Below are positions 1 to 11,300 of a stretch of 64,000 bases of DNA, one piece after another (position 1 is the first letter of the stretch; each line of letters begins with the position of its first letter). Source of the stretch: Lytechinus pictus (Eukaryota); the NCBI RefSeq assembly GCF_037042905.1, contig NC_087245.1, positions 33,110,001 through 33,174,000 on the forward strand. The letters run 5' to 3'. Under the pieces are notes generated by a model that saw nothing but the letters and a program-made list of their open reading frames with translations, ran no database searches and was not told where the DNA came from. The position numbers and the translations under genes were made by a program.

Positions 1-3000
1 GAAAAAAACAAGACATTGGGGACAACTTAACAGTGAAGTTTATGAACTTTGCTGATTCAAACGACATGGCTCATAAAATTTGTGAGAGCATTAAATGATA
101 TAAGGGGGGAAAAAATGGATGTTTGCCAAAAAAGAAACCGAAGCCCTATGTAAGGTAGGCACCGATGATGCAACATATATATATATTTGAATAATATTGA
201 TAGCCTTGAGATGAAGATGTAATATAATTATGAAAATTATGGTTCAATATTTAAGAATTTGACATGATGATGATTTGAAGCAATTGAATATTCCCATGTG
301 TCCCTGAAATTTGTGATGCAATGCATGATAATGCCAAAAAAAAAATCATAACTTGCATATAAAATTTATCACCTTATGATGAACATAGATTTGAATAGAG
401 CCAATGAATGGAGAGATGTTACAAACTATTCTGGATAAACCATTTAAAAAAATCTATTCACAGATACTCTAGCACTTGTTCCTGTTAATGCGGTAGATTG
501 ATTGATACATCACATGCTGTAACTTGTGGCTTTTACTCAGCCGAGCAGGTTGGTGCCAAATTTTAGCCACAAAATTTACGCAAGTCATGTAAGTATGTGC
601 ATCAAATTACATGTAATTTGAAACTGTAACAATAACAATGTATTTCAAGCAAAATATAAAATGAATAGAAAATTTGATAGAAAAGTCATTTGATTGCATG
701 ATCATGTGCTTCTATTGTTCAGCAGCATTTAATTAGACCAACCTTGTTTTCAGTAATATATGTCAGTGTAAACAATATTCAATATTAAAGTTTATATGAC
801 ACATTTACTAGTTAGACTGCAATAAGTAATAACACATCACAAAGAAATTAATACACCTCATGTCATACAGACAGTCCTTAAAAAAATAGAAAAGTACAAT
901 TTTGTTTAGAATGTCTTTGTAAGGATGTTTGTAAATTAATCATATTTGAATATCAAATATTGGGTCACAATGGTACAAGCTTTCCCACGGTTGACTTAAA
1001 AAGAAATTGCAAATAGTTTAATATCATTTTGTCAGAATAACAGGACTTGTGTAGATGGTCATAGATGATTTCCTCCTGTCAATAAAGGTCCAAATATTAG
1101 TGCATTAAATCAGGCAAACGTCACTGAATGCTACATGAAACAGAAGGATGATCTGACCGCACAGATAGATGGTAGCGATTGGCAACATTTACGGAACAAT
1201 CATCATTTCCTTGAGCTATCGATGGCAGGTTGATTCCCTTTGACATATTGTTTACCACATGTCTGATATGTTTGCGTGAGTGATAATTTACAAATATCAC
1301 GTTTTTGGAGAGAATTAATCAAATGAGATCTGCATGATTGCTCGCCTATTCTGCACGATATTGAAGAGATTCGTTGAAGCAAAACCCCCAAAACACCAAA
1401 TCTATATTTAACATGTTGTTTCTCAGCAGCAAAGTTCCTACTCTGGTAGGGAAGTCAATGCCACAATACTAAAACTCAAGGCATGTATTAGAATCTACTG
1501 TTAATGTCATTAATGAACATATATCAGAATAAACAGAATCCTACTATGCAATAATCAGCTACAAGAGCTTGACAAGGACAGAAATTAGCTCTGATCAGTT
1601 CACGATTTCTCAATAGCGATTAGAAATAAGATCTTGAAAGATGTTTCCCTATTTTTTAAAACTTTTTTCTAATGACAATACAATGAACGCTATTAATTCA
1701 AACTTGATGTGAATGGATTGGCAATACATGTACATTCCCAAACCTGTTCCAAATATTGCCTCTGGAAATCTGAATTTCACTTTATGGATGAATTTTCCTC
1801 TGCTCTTGTAATGTGTACAATATTTTCTCCACTTTATATGGGCACCCCCACCCCCCCCCCCAAAAAAAAAATAAAACCCCACCAAAAATAATCAATTACA
1901 AAATATCTTTACTACAAGAGCTACATTCCACACAGACAAAACCAATTAAATATGTAGCTTTACTTTTATAAACCAGAAATGACCTGATAATTTTTTTTCT
2001 TCTGTAAGTTGACCACCAAACGTTTCCCCCAAGAATATTGCTTTTAGACCCTGGAAAGGGTTCAAACTGGACATCGATATTCTAAGCCAGGTTAAAGCCA
2101 ATACCCTTAATTTTTAAAGAAAAACTTCACGTCAGCAATACAATATGAAGTTATCCTCTCAGTAAACCAGGATGAAATATGGCAAATTCACCATTTAAAA
2201 AGCCAATAATCTCTGGCGCCTCCCATGCACGATTAACAACTTCATCGCTCACTCTACAAAAATCCTGGGGATTATTGCAAAAAATGTTGATTTATTTTGC
2301 TTTCTGACAGCCAAGTTGTAGGATATTGAAAGATTGAGAGGATTATAGGCACAATGACAATTGAAATATGGAACAATAGAAACAACTTTGTACACATTTG
2401 GGACAGTTCAACTGGAACTTGGCAAATAGATGTTGAATATGGCTGATTTTGACTATCATGTTCAGGTTTTTAAAGTTCCAACTCAAGGATTTTCATCATG
2501 GTGTCCATTATATTCATCAAATATTCTTTAAAATGAAATGATTCATACTGAATTCTTCTTAAGCAATATTTGTTTTATAACTGCACATATAAACAAGCAA
2601 TAATTATGGATATGTAATCAATGCTTATGGATTTTCCTATATGAATGCTAGGCAGCCATAAATCAGTTTTGTTATTCTATTCGGCTGCTACCCTCTTGTT
2701 CTTAGAACTATGTTCTTAGACACTGAAACCTATTTTATGGAAGGACTATCTTTGAATTATATTTAAACCATGACCAAATAAATATCCTGGTTCAATTCTA
2801 GTGATCCCCCATGTAAATCCATGCTATCCTTGGTTCGATGCTAAATCAAATACAAGTTGACAGAGCGATTGCTTTTACTTCATTTGTGGTGAATTTCACA
2901 ATATTTGTTTCATAAAGCTCACAGCTTATGGGCAAATAGTATGGGATCCGCTTTCAATAATTATGGTTTTTCATACAAACCAAACCCTAAAAATATCCTG

Positions 3001-4745
3001 CAAGCAAACATGTGCTTGATGACATAAATATCTTTCTCATATTATTTCAATAATATGATGTTGACATGGTTTTCAAGCATTTTATACATTGTTCCCTTTA
3101 CCATTAACATCATGGTTTTGACTATGTATTCATGGATGTTACATATCATGAATAGAACAAGTCATGTGATAAATGTTTCAGAACATATTCTTATTCCTCA
3201 AAGCACTGTCCAAGCTACTTAGAAATAGTAATAACAATCGATTTGACAGCAGGTACTGTTTGACACACACCCACATTAAGGTTTATGTCATACAAAGGCT
3301 TCCAAACAATACCAAACTCATATAATACAATTAAGAGTTGTGGAAAACGGAACCTCTTCCAAAAGTTTATTTCAAATCATAATTATGCTTGCCCTTCGTG
3401 GCTAAAAGTGAATCTTTAATTAATGTAGATAGATACTGATTTACATGATTATATTATACCACTGCATGTGTTAATAACCTCACCCACCATGAATTTATAA
3501 TGATTAAAATACAGAAGATGGATAGAGAATTTCTTGTTATGTAAGTTAGAAATACCAACTGGGGCCTTGTTTCATAAAGTTATGCATGAGTTTACAGATG
3601 AATATAGAACATGACATGATTTAATGTGAGCTGAAACCCCTCCACCCCCCTCAGATTTTTTTGAAAACCATTTTTTTTTGGGCTTGTCAAATTGTCATTG
3701 GATGAAAACCCTTTTTTCCTTGCTTGCTTGTCAAATTTTCATTCAACTTGAAACCCCTATACGCTACTGATTCAATCTTTGCCAAGAACCTTTGCAAATA
3801 CCTCAATACCATTCAAATCATTTCCCCAAATATGCTTTGCTCAACAGATGTGTGTCATCAGAAAGATTGTTAATAAATTTTCTTGCCAATTTTACAGTTT
3901 TCTGTTAAATCATGCATAGCCTTAAGAACATCATGATGAAACACAACATTGTGACCTTTTATAGCCTATAGCTACGACAGAAATAGGAGAAAATTAAAAA
4001 TCAGTTAAAATACACTCCACTTGTTAGTTAAACATCACCCAATATTCACTACATGTAGTTTTGTTAAATCAAATTAAATGAAGCCCAGCCTGATATGATC
4101 TGCATCATCCTTTATATTTGGGTAAATATTGATAAACGACCAATTACTTACAATCATTAGATGCTGAAGAGTATTTACCACCTAAAATAATGGGTAAATG
4201 ATGGATAAAATAGGTTATGATATACCTGACACCTTGTGGTTTAATTCAATTGACAAAATATTGTAGGTATTTTACAAGAGATACAAATCAATGTTAAAGT
4301 ACTCAATAAAGTTATAAGCAGAAATAGGATACAGTGACTACTTTCCAAAAGAATAATTCTCAAAATAGTCAATTTTAACTTGGCATTTGGTTGGGACATG
4401 GGGTAATCAGAGGGGGGGGGGTGGGGTTGGAAGGTAGATAGAAAATCTGGATGGGGGAAGCCAAGTGGAGTTAGGGTGTGCTGGTAGATGATCTGGTCAC
4501 AGTACTGCATGGGCGAGGTGGGGTTGGGGGGGGGGTGGTTGGGGGTAAACTTACCCATATACCCAGAAAGACGAGCAATATGGGTAAGGCCAACTCATGT
4601 TACAAGGGATTGGTCAGGGTGGGGTTAGGGGGGGTAGGAGGAGACAACATAAAACTGGTAAGAAATGGCTAGGGCTAACTCAGTTATAAGGGTGTGGTCT
4701 AGGTGGGGTGGGGTGGGGGGGGGGAGAAGAAGAGGTAAACCTTAC

Positions 4746-4919
4746 CCATATCCGGTAAGACAAGCTTGATCGGCAAGGCGAGCTGTGTCAGTGTGTGCTG
4801 GTAGATCAGCGCTGATAAGCTACTGAAGATGGGCTCATTGACGCATCCTTTGAGCCTCACCCCTCTGGCGTTGGGCTCGATCAAGAAATGCCTCACCAAT
4901 TCGCTCTGTGGATCACCGC
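4746..4919 (-). CDS. TNS: Tensin exon, C-terminal part of SH2 domain
   Basis: Minus strand: ccctttccacag|GC... translates (phase 1) [58 protein letters not shown], then g|gtaagg donor. ELVRHFLIE...KGC.NEP.F.SLSAL.YQH...LALP.KL is the tensin SH2 signature. 174 nt, phase 1 to 1. Confidence 0.95.
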
Positions 4920-6463
4920 CTGTGGAAAGGGGACGAAAAAAGACAGAAAGAAAATTATATTAATGATCTCTTTTCTCTTTAAATAGTGAGGAATTGATAG
5001 GTAAAATACCACTCATATTCATATGAAGCATGTGGCAAATATTGTGAGAACTTCAGGTACTCCTGAATTTAAGTAAAGAAGGGAGCAGGTGGCAAAATCT
5101 TTCGGTAAGAATAAGAAACACAAAAATTTTCAATGTGTTCAGTAAGATTAACATTGAAAAAAAAAAAACCTTTCAATGAAAAGTTCATTGAGATTATAAA
5201 TAAATGTTTTCTATTTTCATGACAGTCCTTTTGGCTCATGTAATGCTGTTCAATCTGAAAAAAAAAGGCAAATGAGAGGAACAATAAGGGGACAGAATGA
5301 GAACAAAAGAAAGAGAACAAAATAGAGAAAGATGCATAGAGATATAGAAAGGTAACAAAAGTGAGAGGTAGAGAGAAAGAGGGAGAGAGAGGGGGGTGGA
5401 AGTGCTAAATCGTCTATCACAATACATTTTCCACCAAGTATAAGATCATCCTCAAGTCGAGGATTTACCAGTAATAGCATCTACAGGCAGACATGATCAA
5501 TTTCCTGTTCCAGGGGAGGAATATGCACAAAAAAGAGAGCTAGTCTATGGCTTACTTTAACAGACACACACAAGAGGGGAGCAGGTGGCTGAGGTCTTAT
5601 TTACAGGGGAGAGGGTAGCTAGATGTGATCCCAAATAATAAACTTCACTATGATGTTATATTGATGGATCAAATGTTGGAGGTAGGGAAGCTATCTACAA
5701 GAGATATGAATGTAGTATCTGTTGATGATTCTGAAACAAGGGCTGCGGAAGGGGGGGGGGGGGCTGAGTTGAAAGTGGGGAGCTAACCATGTTAAACATA
5801 ACAATCAGATAGTCATTTTTACTTTTTTATACAGTGGGGGTGGGGGCTGAATCCTCACTAGCTCCCCAGGTTCCAGGGCCCCTTTGAAAATATAGATATA
5901 TACTGCATAGGAGAAACATGGGTGGGTGGGTGGATGGATGGATGCATTGATAGACAGATTAACTGAGAGAGAAAGCTTGCAAAGAAGGGTAGAGAAAAGA
6001 GAGGAAAAGAGTGAGGCTAGGTAAAAAGAGGGAGGGAGTGATAGAGAAAGAAAAAAGTGGGTGTATATGTTCCATTTCTTTTCATCAAAACTCAATAAAC
6101 AAAAACAACTCCAACTGACCTAATAATGTGTAATTTAAGTCAAAGAATCAAACGGTCAAACATGATTGTATCAGGTCTTTCAAGAAAATATATACGGTTT
6201 CTGGAACTCAGCCTATATACCACATAGCCAAATGACCATGAAAATGTTAAAACGGTTTCTGGAATAAAGTCCCAAAATATTTGCTTTATAAAATCAAGGG
6301 ATGGAGGAGAGTAGTGCAATCACCTCCAAACTTCGTGATAAAACTGATTTCAAAAGGATTAATGAAAGCTAATCTAAAATCTCCCCATTTATGATCCAAT
6401 CTATAGAGGATCTGAAGTGAATAAGAACATGCACAAATATTTGATGAATTGCTATTATCATAT

Positions 6464-6949
6464 TGTAACATCCCAGAATTAAATAGTGTAATACTGCCAA
6501 TGTATTGTAATTTTGGTTATAACTTGTAATATGTATTGCATGTAGTTTGGTATAATCTACACTGGGCAGTTCTTTAATATAGTTTTCTTAGAATAATCCA
6601 TGACTAATTCCCTCTGTCCAGTGCAGAGATTGTTCTGTACACTTCGCTATTGGAAAGAGAAAGTAGAAAGTCTTAAAGTCATCTCATAGGAATGTTGTGG
6701 TCACCTGTGGAAGGGTGGAGGCAGAGAGAATCTGAATGAAGAAGATTATATCCTATTCATTCCATCTCACACCACCTTTGAGACAACATCTAGAGAGAAG
6801 ACATCTTAATATATTTTCAACACTTGATTTTTCCATGTCGAATCCAATCCATTAGGGGGTTTTTGTTATTCTTCTAAATAAAGTATGGCATCAAAAGAAC
6901 CTAGACCGCAATTCTGAGTCGTATATTCATCTCAATTTTGTGTGTCACA
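6464..6949 (+). repeat. 5' LTR (486 bp, intron-less form)
   Basis: 6464-6857 is identical by eye to 12668-13061; 6858-6949 matches 14464-14555 with 5 differences; AATAAA at 6877-6882; PBS follows. Confidence 0.96.
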
Positions 6950-6953
6950 TAAA

Positions 6954-6971
6954 TGGCGTAGTCGGCAGGAT
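6954..6971 (+). promoter_or_regulatory. Primer-binding site for tRNA-Ser
   Basis: TGGCGTAGTCGGCAGGAT is the reverse complement of ...ATCCTGCCGACTACGCCA, the 3' 18 nt of metazoan tRNA-Ser(AGA/TGA type) as I recall it; 4-nt spacer TAAA after the LTR. Confidence 0.9.
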
Positions 6972-7412
6972 GTCTACGTAACCCCCTAAGGAGTAAGACG
7001 AAGAGATTGCTGATCATCATTTGAGAGACCGTATCCGATCTTGGAGAGGCTGGACTCTTGGGAACTCTGAAGAACAGAACAGGATGTATGCTAGCTGCGA
7101 CCCCCAGGATCAGAACTGATGGACCAAGCGGATTAATGTTAGAGCAAGTGACTGATCAGAAGCAAGTTCAGCGGAACGTGTGAAATGCCAAGAGTGGACA
7201 TTGGAAAAACTATGAACGGACAATGAACATTGATGAAGAAGACTATTATATGGGACTACGAATAGAGACATGTGTGATGTAACATTGTTTTAAATTATTT
7301 CATACGTGTCTAAACTCTCAGCTTACCTTAAGAGATCTATGAATGTGATATATAGATATATATAGCTGTATTTTTCGATAGATCTCCCTTCTGTGCATCA
7401 CAGGGTTTAGGT

Positions 7413-8306
7413 ATGGACGTGCAGGAGCTCAAAGAGGAAATCGAGGCGCTGAAGGCGGCACTGAAGGCCAGAGAGGTGAAGGCGGAGGAGACTGGGAAGG
7501 TGCAAGCTGCCAGGCCGGTCTACGTAGCTCCAGGAAGGCGCCTGGAAGTCTTCGCGGGTAGGCCTACTCGCCAATCGGACCAGGGAGTCCATGATTGGGT
7601 AGCCGGTGTCAGGGCCCAGCTAGAGCTCAGAGGCATCAAGGGAAAGGAAGCAGCGGCTTTCATCCGAGAATACCTCGAAGGTGATGCCAGGAGGGAGGTA
7701 AGCGGGAGGGGAGAAGATATAAAAGATGACCCTGAATCGATCTTTTCCGTATTAACCAAAGTATTTGGTGACGGAAATTCACTACCAAGGCTCCAACAGA
7801 GCTTTTACTCATTCGAACAGGGACCTTCTTTTGACCTTCTGAGCTGCTCTCTACAGTTGGTAGACCTGTTCGACAGAATGGTTCAGCTGGATCCTACCCT
7901 CAAGGTCCAGCGCGAGCCATCTCTGAAGAGCAGGTTTGCCGAGGCAGTGAGGGATGAGGCTCTAAGGAGGGAGCTGAGGAGGCTTAATATAGAGTCTCCG
8001 CAGCTTTCTTTCTTTGAGCTTCGAGATAGGGCTCTGGAGTGGCTAGGACCAGTCCAGACAAAACGGAAGGACGCTTCGGTGAGGACCATGGTTGCGGACC
8101 CGGAAGTGATGGAGCTGCTGAAGAAACAGGCCGAGCAGATGGAGCGGCAGCAGAAACAACTAGACAAGATTAATGCGATCTTGTCCAGGCGTCAACCCCG
8201 GAAGACTCCACCTGGTGATGGGAAATGTTTCAACTGCGGCGAAAAGGGGCATTTCCAGAAGGACTGTAGAAAGCCAAAGAAGGAGAACCCAGATTTAAAC
8301 GGGTAA
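7413..8306 (+). CDS. gag: Gag (297 aa): N-terminal coiled coil, capsid, CCHC zinc knuckle
   Basis: ATG-started ORF downstream of the PBS with C-terminal CFNCGEKGHFQKDC (CX2CX4HX4C). Confidence 0.95.
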   Translation: MDVQELKEEIEALKAALKAREVKAEETGKVQAARPVYVAPGRRLEVFAGRPTRQSDQGVHDWVAGVRAQLELRGIKGKEAAAFIREYLEGDARREVSGRGEDIKDDPESIFSVLTKVFGDGNSLPRLQQSFYSFEQGPSFDLLSCSLQLVDLFDRMVQLDPTLKVQREPSLKSRFAEAVRDEALRRELRRLNIESPQLSFFELRDRALEWLGPVQTKRKDASVRTMVADPEVMELLKKQAEQMERQQKQLDKINAILSRRQPRKTPPGDGKCFNCGEKGHFQKDCRKPKKENPDLNG

Positions 8307-8352
8307 CTCCCACCGTCAAGAGCCTGACGGTGGGTGGGTCAGTTGACGGCTC
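8294..8352 (+). promoter_or_regulatory. -1 ribosomal frameshift signal: slippery heptamer plus stem-loop/pseudoknot
   Basis: T TTA AAC (8294-8300) is correctly phased in gag; 10-bp perfect stem CCCACCGTCA (8309-8318)/TGACGGTGGG (8325-8334); loop GAGCC is complementary to GGCTC (8348-8352); pol is in the -1 frame and open from the slip site. Confidence 0.9.
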
Positions 8353-11300
8353 AATTCTCTTACAGAGAGCAGTAGGAGATTGTCCAGAGGTCATCCTCGA
8401 CCTTGGATCCGCAAGATGTGTCAGGTGCTTGATAGACACAGGAGCACAGGTATCGACTGTGACTGAGGCATTTTTCAGGAAATACCTCAGCCACGAGTCG
8501 ATGGTAGATGTGTCTAGCATCCTCAGCATCAGCGGAGCCCAAGGACTTACAATCCCCTACTGTGGATACGTCGAACTGACAGTTCGGGTGCTTGGAAGGA
8601 GCTTTCACAACATGGGCTTCCTTGTTGTGAGGGACCCTCCCAAAGCATTGAGTGATAGAAAGAAGCGAGTCCCTGGAGTAATCGGTTCGAATGTCTTGAG
8701 AGACATGCGGCATGAACTGCGCAACGAGCTTGGGGAGGATTTCCTAGATAAGTTCAAGGGTGAGAGAGACGCTACTTGGGCTAGTGTCTTGGCCTTGTAT
8801 GAGGAAATCTCCTGCGTGAATCTCACGACCAAGCTTGGTGGGCTGGGTAGAGTTGCCGGGACGGGACCAGTATTGCTCCAGGGAAGGTCTCTGCAGACAT
8901 TGCAGGTTTCGGTAAGGCCTGCAAGGAGGGGGGAGATTCGTACTGTGATTGTCGAGGAAATCCAAGGAGAACATCTCCAGCCTGGCATCAAGGTAATATC
9001 TTCCTTCCTCCAGGTGTCCGAGAATGGCCTAGTGAATGTCCCTGTGTTGAATCTCTCAAACAGAGACATTTACATCCATCCAAGGACACCAATAGGGATC
9101 GTCAGCGATGCTTCTGAAGTCAACCGACAGGCAAGGCAACCAGCAGTCTGGGTTGAAGAGCATCGACAATCCTCATCTCCTGCGGTCGAACAAATACTTC
9201 AGAGGATGCAGCTAGGAGACATCTCCAAGGAGCAGCATAGAGCTCTTGAGGAGCTCATAGGGAAGTATCTGGACGTCTTCAGTCAAGATGAGGATGACAT
9301 CGGCCTATGTAAAGATGTGGAACATAGAATCTATACAATGGATGATGTTCCCGTCAAGGTCCCACATAGGCGGATCCCACCGCATCATTGGCAAGAGGTA
9401 AGGGACTACCTGAAACAATATCTTGACAAGGGTGTCATAAGGGAATCGTCAAGCCCTTATGCAGCCCCGGTGGTTCTGGTGAGGAAAAAGGATGGCAAGC
9501 TGAGGTTATGCGTTGACTATCGTGCTCTTAACACTAAGACGCATAAAGACGCATATCCTCTGCCAAGGATCGAAGAGGCATTAGAAGCATTGAGAGGAGC
9601 TCGCTTCTTCTGCAGCTTGGATCTTGCCCATGGATTCCATCAGATCCCGGTAGCTGAAAGGGATATCCAGAAGACGGCTTTCCGTGTTGGTACTGGTGGG
9701 TTGTATGAATTCGTAAGGATGCCTTTCGGTTTATGCAATGCACCAGCTACTTTCATGAGGCTAATGGATAAGGGGTTCGGCGATCAGAACTTCCAGACGA
9801 TTCTGACTTACCTGGATGACATTCTTGTGTTCGGACGAGACTTCGATGAAACCCTTCAAAGGCTCGAGATGGTCCTTGGGCGTCTTCGAAAGATGAACCT
9901 GAAAGTCAAGGTCGAGAAATGTCACCTCTTCAAAAGGAAACTCAAATATTTGGGTCATATGGTTGAAGAGGGGGGCATCTCTCCTGATCCAGACAAGGTA
10001 AGGTCCATCCAAGAGTGGAAGACTCCCGAGAACGAGACTGAACTTCGGTCATTCCTTGGACTGGCCGGGTATTATCGGAGGTTCGTTCCCCGATTTGCGA
10101 CCATTGCGGCACCCCTTCATAATCTGGTAGGAGGAGTGCAACAGAAGAAGAATAGTCGCAATGGCAAAAAAGGGAAGGAATCCAACACTAGGAAAGTGGT
10201 CAACAAGAAGTCAGTTGCAGAGGCTTGGGATGACAGCTGTACCAATGCGTTCCAGGAACTCAAGGACCAGCTGACATCCGCGCCCTTGCTAGGTCATCCT
10301 GACTTCAAGAAGCCGCTTATCCTAGAGACTGACGCTAGCTTCAATGGACTCGGAGCTGTACTATCGCAGAAGCAAGATGGTCGGCTTGTTGTTCTTGGGT
10401 ATGCCAGCAGAGGACTACGGCCCCATGAAAAGAACATGAACAACTACAGTAGTATGAAATTGGAACTTCTTGCTCTTTATTGGGCAATAACAGAGAAATT
10501 TCGTGATGTACTACTGGGGGCAGAGTTTGTTGTTTTCACAGACAACAATCCTCTAAGCTACCTGCAGACAACAGCCAAACTTGGCGCGACAGAGATGAGA
10601 TGGCAAGCAGATCTTGCTCAGTTTAATTTCAAGATCGAGTTCAGATCTGGCAGGCAGAATGCTAATGCAGATGCCTTGAGCAGAAAGACTGAGCATGGGA
10701 TCGAGCAAGGGAGACTTGAAGAAGTTGAAGTGAGTCTCCAAAGCCACCCTGCATCAATGTCAACGCCAATACCATCAATGCTTGCTGCGAGAGTAGAGGA
10801 GGTCCTTGAGGTTAGAGACACAACCCAACCTGAGGAAGGAGCAGCTTTATCTACCCTTCCTACCCTGCCAAGGGAAGAATTGGCAGCTCTGCAAAGGAAT
10901 GACTTAGTCATTAAGAGGGTGCTAGCCTACATGCAGAAAGGAGATAGCCCGACCCCGAAACAGATGGCTAGAGAGGGTAAGCCAGTTCGGAAACTGTTGA
11001 GGCAGTGGGAGCGTCTCTTACTTGTAGATGGCATTCTGCACCGCAGAGTTACGCTGATGGGGCATCCAATCAAGCAACTTCTGGTTCCAGAAGCCTTGAA
11101 GGAAAGGATCTTAAGTGCCCTCCATGACGAAGTTGGCCACCAAGCTTCTGAGAAAACAACGAAGTTAGCAGTTCAACGCTGCTATTGGCCAGGAATGGAA
11201 GCCGAGATCCGTGCCTACTGTGACAAGTGCCAGCGTTGCCTACTTTCCAAAGCAGGTAAGAAACTTCACCCTAAGATGGGATCACTGATTGCGAGAGAAC

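Noticed and set aside
1..4379. Tensin PTB-domain exons
   Set aside because: No PTB-like coding segment with splice sites was recognised; they probably lie left of the window.
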